Source of the DNA: Candidatus Lokiarchaeum ossiferum
Lineage (GTDB): Archaea > Asgardarchaeota > Lokiarchaeia > Sigyniarchaeales > Promethearchaeaceae
Length of the DNA: 64,000 nt
Assembly (NCBI GenBank): GCA_025839675.1
Contig: CP104013.1
Span: forward strand, 3,105,121 to 3,169,120
Direction of reading: 5' to 3'
Positions 60,689-64,000 of the stretch are shown piece by piece. How positions within the stretch are numbered: the stretch's first letter is position 1; each line of letters starts with the position of its first letter. Both the position numbers and the translations under genes were made by a program. The notes under the pieces were generated by a model. That model was not told where the DNA came from, made no database searches, and saw only the letters and a program-made list of their open reading frames with translations.

Positions 60689-61477
60689 ATGATTAGAATG
60701 ATTATTGCATATCTTGACGAAACTGGAGATCCTGTCTATCGAAGGGGTGGCCCTAAATGGTTTGGTATAACTGCCGCAATCTTTCATGATTCAAAATTAC
60801 TTGATGGAATAAATGTGATGAAGTCATTCAATCAAAGTAAATCCGAAGAATATGACTGTGATTTTGAAATACATGCAAGGGAATTTTCCAGCTCGAAAAA
60901 AGAACCTTATAATGCAATGAAAGTTGAAGAAAAAATAGAATTATTTACAGAATGCTTACATACTGTCAAAAATACTGGTGCTTCAATTTGCGGTGTGTTT
61001 GTTGATAAAGTTAAGCATAGTTATTGGCATGGTAAATATGATTTTTTAAAAAATGTAGTTATGAACCTATTTGAAAGGATAGGTAGATATCAGATTGCAA
61101 ATTATCCTAATGAAGCCATTCTGATATTATATGACCAACCTTCTGCCCATTTAAGACCAATTATTAAACAATATTTCAAAGAAAGATTAGAAGTCGGTTC
61201 AAGATATGTCAAACCTGCGTTTTTCTTGAAAGAAATCTTATATGTTGAATCTAAATTTCATCAACCTATTCAAATAGCAGATTTAACAGGATATATTGTA
61301 AGAAGATTGATAGAAAAACGTATAGATGGTACATTTTCCAGTTTTCTAAAGTATGTTGATGACTTGTATAAAATAATTCGACCAATGTTAGATTTCAATC
61401 CAACAACAAAAGAAATATATGGGGCAGGAATTAAAATTATTGAAAGTAATGACAGGAAATATTATGGACGTTTCTGA
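60689..61477 (+). CDS. DUF3800-family protein
   Basis: Hallmark N-terminal IAYLDETGD and C-terminal PIQIADLTGYIV motifs of DUF3800. Confidence 0.7.
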   Translation: MIRMIIAYLDETGDPVYRRGGPKWFGITAAIFHDSKLLDGINVMKSFNQSKSEEYDCDFEIHAREFSSSKKEPYNAMKVEEKIELFTECLHTVKNTGASICGVFVDKVKHSYWHGKYDFLKNVVMNLFERIGRYQIANYPNEAILILYDQPSAHLRPIIKQYFKERLEVGSRYVKPAFFLKEILYVESKFHQPIQIADLTGYIVRRLIEKRIDGTFSSFLKYVDDLYKIIRPMLDFNPTTKEIYGAGIKIIESNDRKYYGRF

Positions 61478-61513
61478 ACAGAGTGTTTGCTTAACCAAAT
61501 ATGAAAATACCTT

Positions 61514-61870
61514 TTATGGATCCAAAAATTTTCTTTTTCGGTTATTTGCCGTTATTTTCTTATAATTCTCAGTAGTTTCTCTTACGTTATCTATTCCAGT
61601 ATCAATTAAGATTTGTTCAAATTTGCTACTTAAATTTTTGAATTTTATTGCATTATCAGCATAAGAATCAATATATTCATCAGGTTTTTTTTCAGGTTCT
61701 TTATTAAGGAATTTTAATAAGGAATATGATTTTGCCCCATGTTCAGCAGACAATTGGGCTTTGTGGTCGAGTTCTTCATATTTATCATAAGTAGCCGCAA
61801 AAATTGCATATAATTCAATTAAATCTAAAGGAATATTTAAAATTGGCATTTCATCTTCTTCAAAAGACAT
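61514..61870 (-). CDS. Hypothetical acidic protein
   Basis: 118-aa ORF convergent with the DUF3800 gene; no motif recognised. Confidence 0.35.
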   Translation of the reverse strand: MSFEEDEMPILNIPLDLIELYAIFAATYDKYEELDHKAQLSAEHGAKSYSLLKFLNKEPEKKPDEYIDSYADNAIKFKNLSSKFEQILIDTGIDNVRETTENYKKITANNRKRKFLDP

Positions 61871-62036
61871 AATTGCATTAAAAAAATAACGGATAAAAAG
61901 TTTAGTTCTTTTTTTCGGTTCCGATTATCTGGTATACGGTTCCGAACCCTTTAGAAATAGTTAATTTGTCATCCTTCTTCAGAAAATATCTACTAATGTC
62001 GGTTCCGAATTGATTTTGCTAATAAATGGGACCGAA

Positions 62037-62063
62037 ATTAGCGAGATTAGCGAGATTAGCGAG
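62037..62063. repeat. Perfect tandem repeat 3 x ATTAGCGAG (9-mer), next to four copies of a GG(T/A)(T)CCGA(A)TT motif at 61916 to 62036
   Basis: Read directly: attagcgag attagcgag attagcgag. The upstream tcggttccgaatt motif occurs twice, plus ggttccgattat and gggaccgaaatt. Confidence 0.8.
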
Positions 62064-63052
62064 TATTTCAGACAATAAGGTGATTTCATCACCCCACGTG
62101 ATATTTTTTCTTGGATTGATTCTAAGAATCGCAAATATGGACAGAAAATAGAAAAAACCCCTATTGGGTGATATGTTCAGTTTTCAAGCAAATCCCTTCC
62201 GCCGCGACACTTTCCTTTTTATCCTAAAAATCGAGAAGAGCTTAATTCTATTAACAAGAATTTAATTTCGAGCGTAAAGTCTGTTTAAATTCCTCAAATT
62301 TTTCGGTTACTCATTTTTTGCCAATTATTTCTCTTTTATTTAAAAAATAAACTTGATTGCTCAATTTATTATGCCATTTTAGAATAAGTATAAATGATAT
62401 TTATATCTACATATAAACTGAATTTATACATATCTATATATTATGTTTATTATTGAATGAAATTGGATAATTATATAAGACTTAATTTAATTATAATATA
62501 TTAGAGACGATTAATTTTTCTGACTCTTTTCTAGGTGAATATAAATGTTAAAAAAAGAAAAAAAATTGCAAAGAAAGAAGCTCAGTGCATTTAAAAATAT
62601 TAAAGAACTTCTAAAACGAATACTAGCTTATATCGTGTTAAAAAAACTGATTTCCATAATAGAATTGGTTTTGCTTTAAACCATTTGTGTGAGTTTTTTT
62701 TTTTTTTTTTTTAATAATTTTTTCTAAATTTTTATTTCTGTCTTAAAAAATTAAAGTGAATTGCTACATTATTGGCTATACCAGTGTTTTATCATAAGAA
62801 TCCACTATGTCGACTCAATCATATCCTAATTTTCCTAAAATTTGACCCAAAAGCATTTTATCAAATCTAAAGTATTTCAAAATGATTATGCTATTCATAT
62901 TGACCAAAATCAAATCCCCTTCAGTTTTATAATCGAGCTTGAATTTGATAATCAATATATGACACATGTTGGATAATCTGAGATTTGAACAAATTTGTAG
63001 TTACATATTGCTTGTGATTAATGATTGTTGGGACCAAGTAACTTTTACAATA

Positions 63053-63083
63053 GAAAGAGGAAATGGCACAGGTGACATGGACC
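63053..63083. repeat. Imperfect direct-repeat copy of the tRNA-Asn 3' end plus flank (partner at 48758 to 48793); candidate att-like boundary
   Basis: GAAAGAGGAAATGGCACAGGTGACATGGACC versus GAAAGAG-AAATGGCGCAGGTGTCAGGGATCGAACC at 48758; about 26 of 29 aligned positions match, same orientation. Confidence 0.45.
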
Positions 63084-63217
63084 TAACTCGCTGATTACAC
63101 TATATCTATACGTAGACGTTTCATTTTCAAAAATAATTTGTAGGACGAATCCATCATTTCATGCATTGACTCCCTTAATCAAAACTATAAATACACATCC
63201 TAACAATTACCTATTAG

Positions 63218-63748
63218 GTGTTTGAAATTCCGAAAGATGATCTCAATCAAGAAAAAGTCGACTACTTAAAAACCGTCTTCTCCCACAATCGCAGTATGAT
63301 CCAACTTGCAGACAACAAAGCCAGCATTTTAATCCGAATTATTGTAGTTATCCTCCCAATTATTTTTGGAATCGATTCCTACTTAACTACAATTACTCTC
63401 CATAATAGCCTAAAAACCTTTCAATATGTTAGCTTTATCATTTGTATGGTTACCTTCATCATTTCATTCTTCTTATCGACAGGTGTTCTAATGGCTCGAT
63501 TTGCTGAATATGATGATCATATCTTCTTTTCAAATATTGAAAAAGATTCCCTTGAAGATTATCAAAATATTATTGAAGAAATGGATGATTATGTCATTTT
63601 TGAAGATTATATCAAAGAAAATTATGCAATTGCCAAAATCAATAAAAAAAAGTATCAATGCTACAATATTTCCTTTTGGTTCCTTAATGCTGCGGTACTT
63701 TTATTGGTAATTCGATATATCTTATTGTTTACTTACCTTTTTTATTAA
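63218..63748 (+). CDS. Small membrane protein with 3 predicted TM helices and an acidic central loop (hypothetical; possible effector-like)
   Basis: Hydrophobic helices at about aa 36 to 58 and 68 to 92, and a C-terminal one at about 150 to 172. N-terminal MIQLADNKAS motif. Confidence 0.45.
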   Translation: MFEIPKDDLNQEKVDYLKTVFSHNRSMIQLADNKASILIRIIVVILPIIFGIDSYLTTITLHNSLKTFQYVSFIICMVTFIISFFLSTGVLMARFAEYDDHIFFSNIEKDSLEDYQNIIEEMDDYVIFEDYIKENYAIAKINKKKYQCYNISFWFLNAAVLLLVIRYILLFTYLFY

Positions 63749-64000
63749 ATCTCAATTAAATTTTCTTTTTTTATGTCTCTCTCCCACTATACGCAAATAT
63801 CTTGTAATTTTTCAATTCTTGAAAATTTGACTTCATTTTCCGAAAATATGAACAACAATAAAACGGAGGTTCAATTTCCTCACAATTATCTTTCTTTTCC
63901 TTGGATAGTTGAAAGAAAACATCGTACCCAATGCAAATCGTGATTTTTTCTTTAAAAGAAGCATGCTTTTTTCCAATGGATTCTAATCTCTTCGCTGCTA

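Noticed and set aside
61900-62100. Possible CRISPR array suggested by short repeats
   Set aside because: Repeats are 9 to 12 nt with no regular 30 to 40 nt spacers, and there are no cas genes. Interpreted as iterons or a microsatellite.

Overview
AT-rich archaeal chromosome segment, most likely from an Asgard (Lokiarchaeia-like) archaeon. Supporting features: a 23S rRNA on the minus strand that is not linked to a 16S gene and carries a large AT-rich H98/ES39-like expansion; archaeal information-processing genes (TFB, RpoP, aRF1, aIF2-beta, PAN, RPA, FtsZ); a Rab-like small GTPase; gelsolin-like and profilin-like candidates next to each other; and a vWA plus zinc-finger protein. About 85 percent of the window is housekeeping: an archaeal-type CoA pathway (PanB, PanE, pantoate kinase, phosphopantothenate synthetase), a ribosome-biogenesis cluster (Dim2 KH protein, Rio1, Nmd3, DUF424, aIF2-beta), and tRNA-modification enzymes. 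Three tRNA-related loci stand out: tRNA-Leu(CAA) and an initiator tRNA-Met both carry insertions in the D-arm that look like non-canonical introns, and a tRNA-Asn-like 3' half has no 5' half nearby. The right-hand ~14 kb (about 48.77 to 63.09 kb) looks like an accessory or defence island. It is bracketed by an imperfect direct repeat of the tRNA-Asn 3' end and contains: a 1452-aa secreted protein with three tandem lectin-like repeats and calcium-binding repeats; an OLD-family ATPase plus TOPRIM nuclease in an apparent operon with an SNase-like nuclease and an unknown 210-aa protein; a putative CARF-like plus winged-helix regulator divergent from a multi-TM protein; a small serine recombinase; a DUF3800 protein; iteron-like repeats; and an extremely AT-rich tract. 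No CRISPR array, 16S rRNA or 5S rRNA was identified. All calls rest on reading motifs by eye; none was checked against a database.
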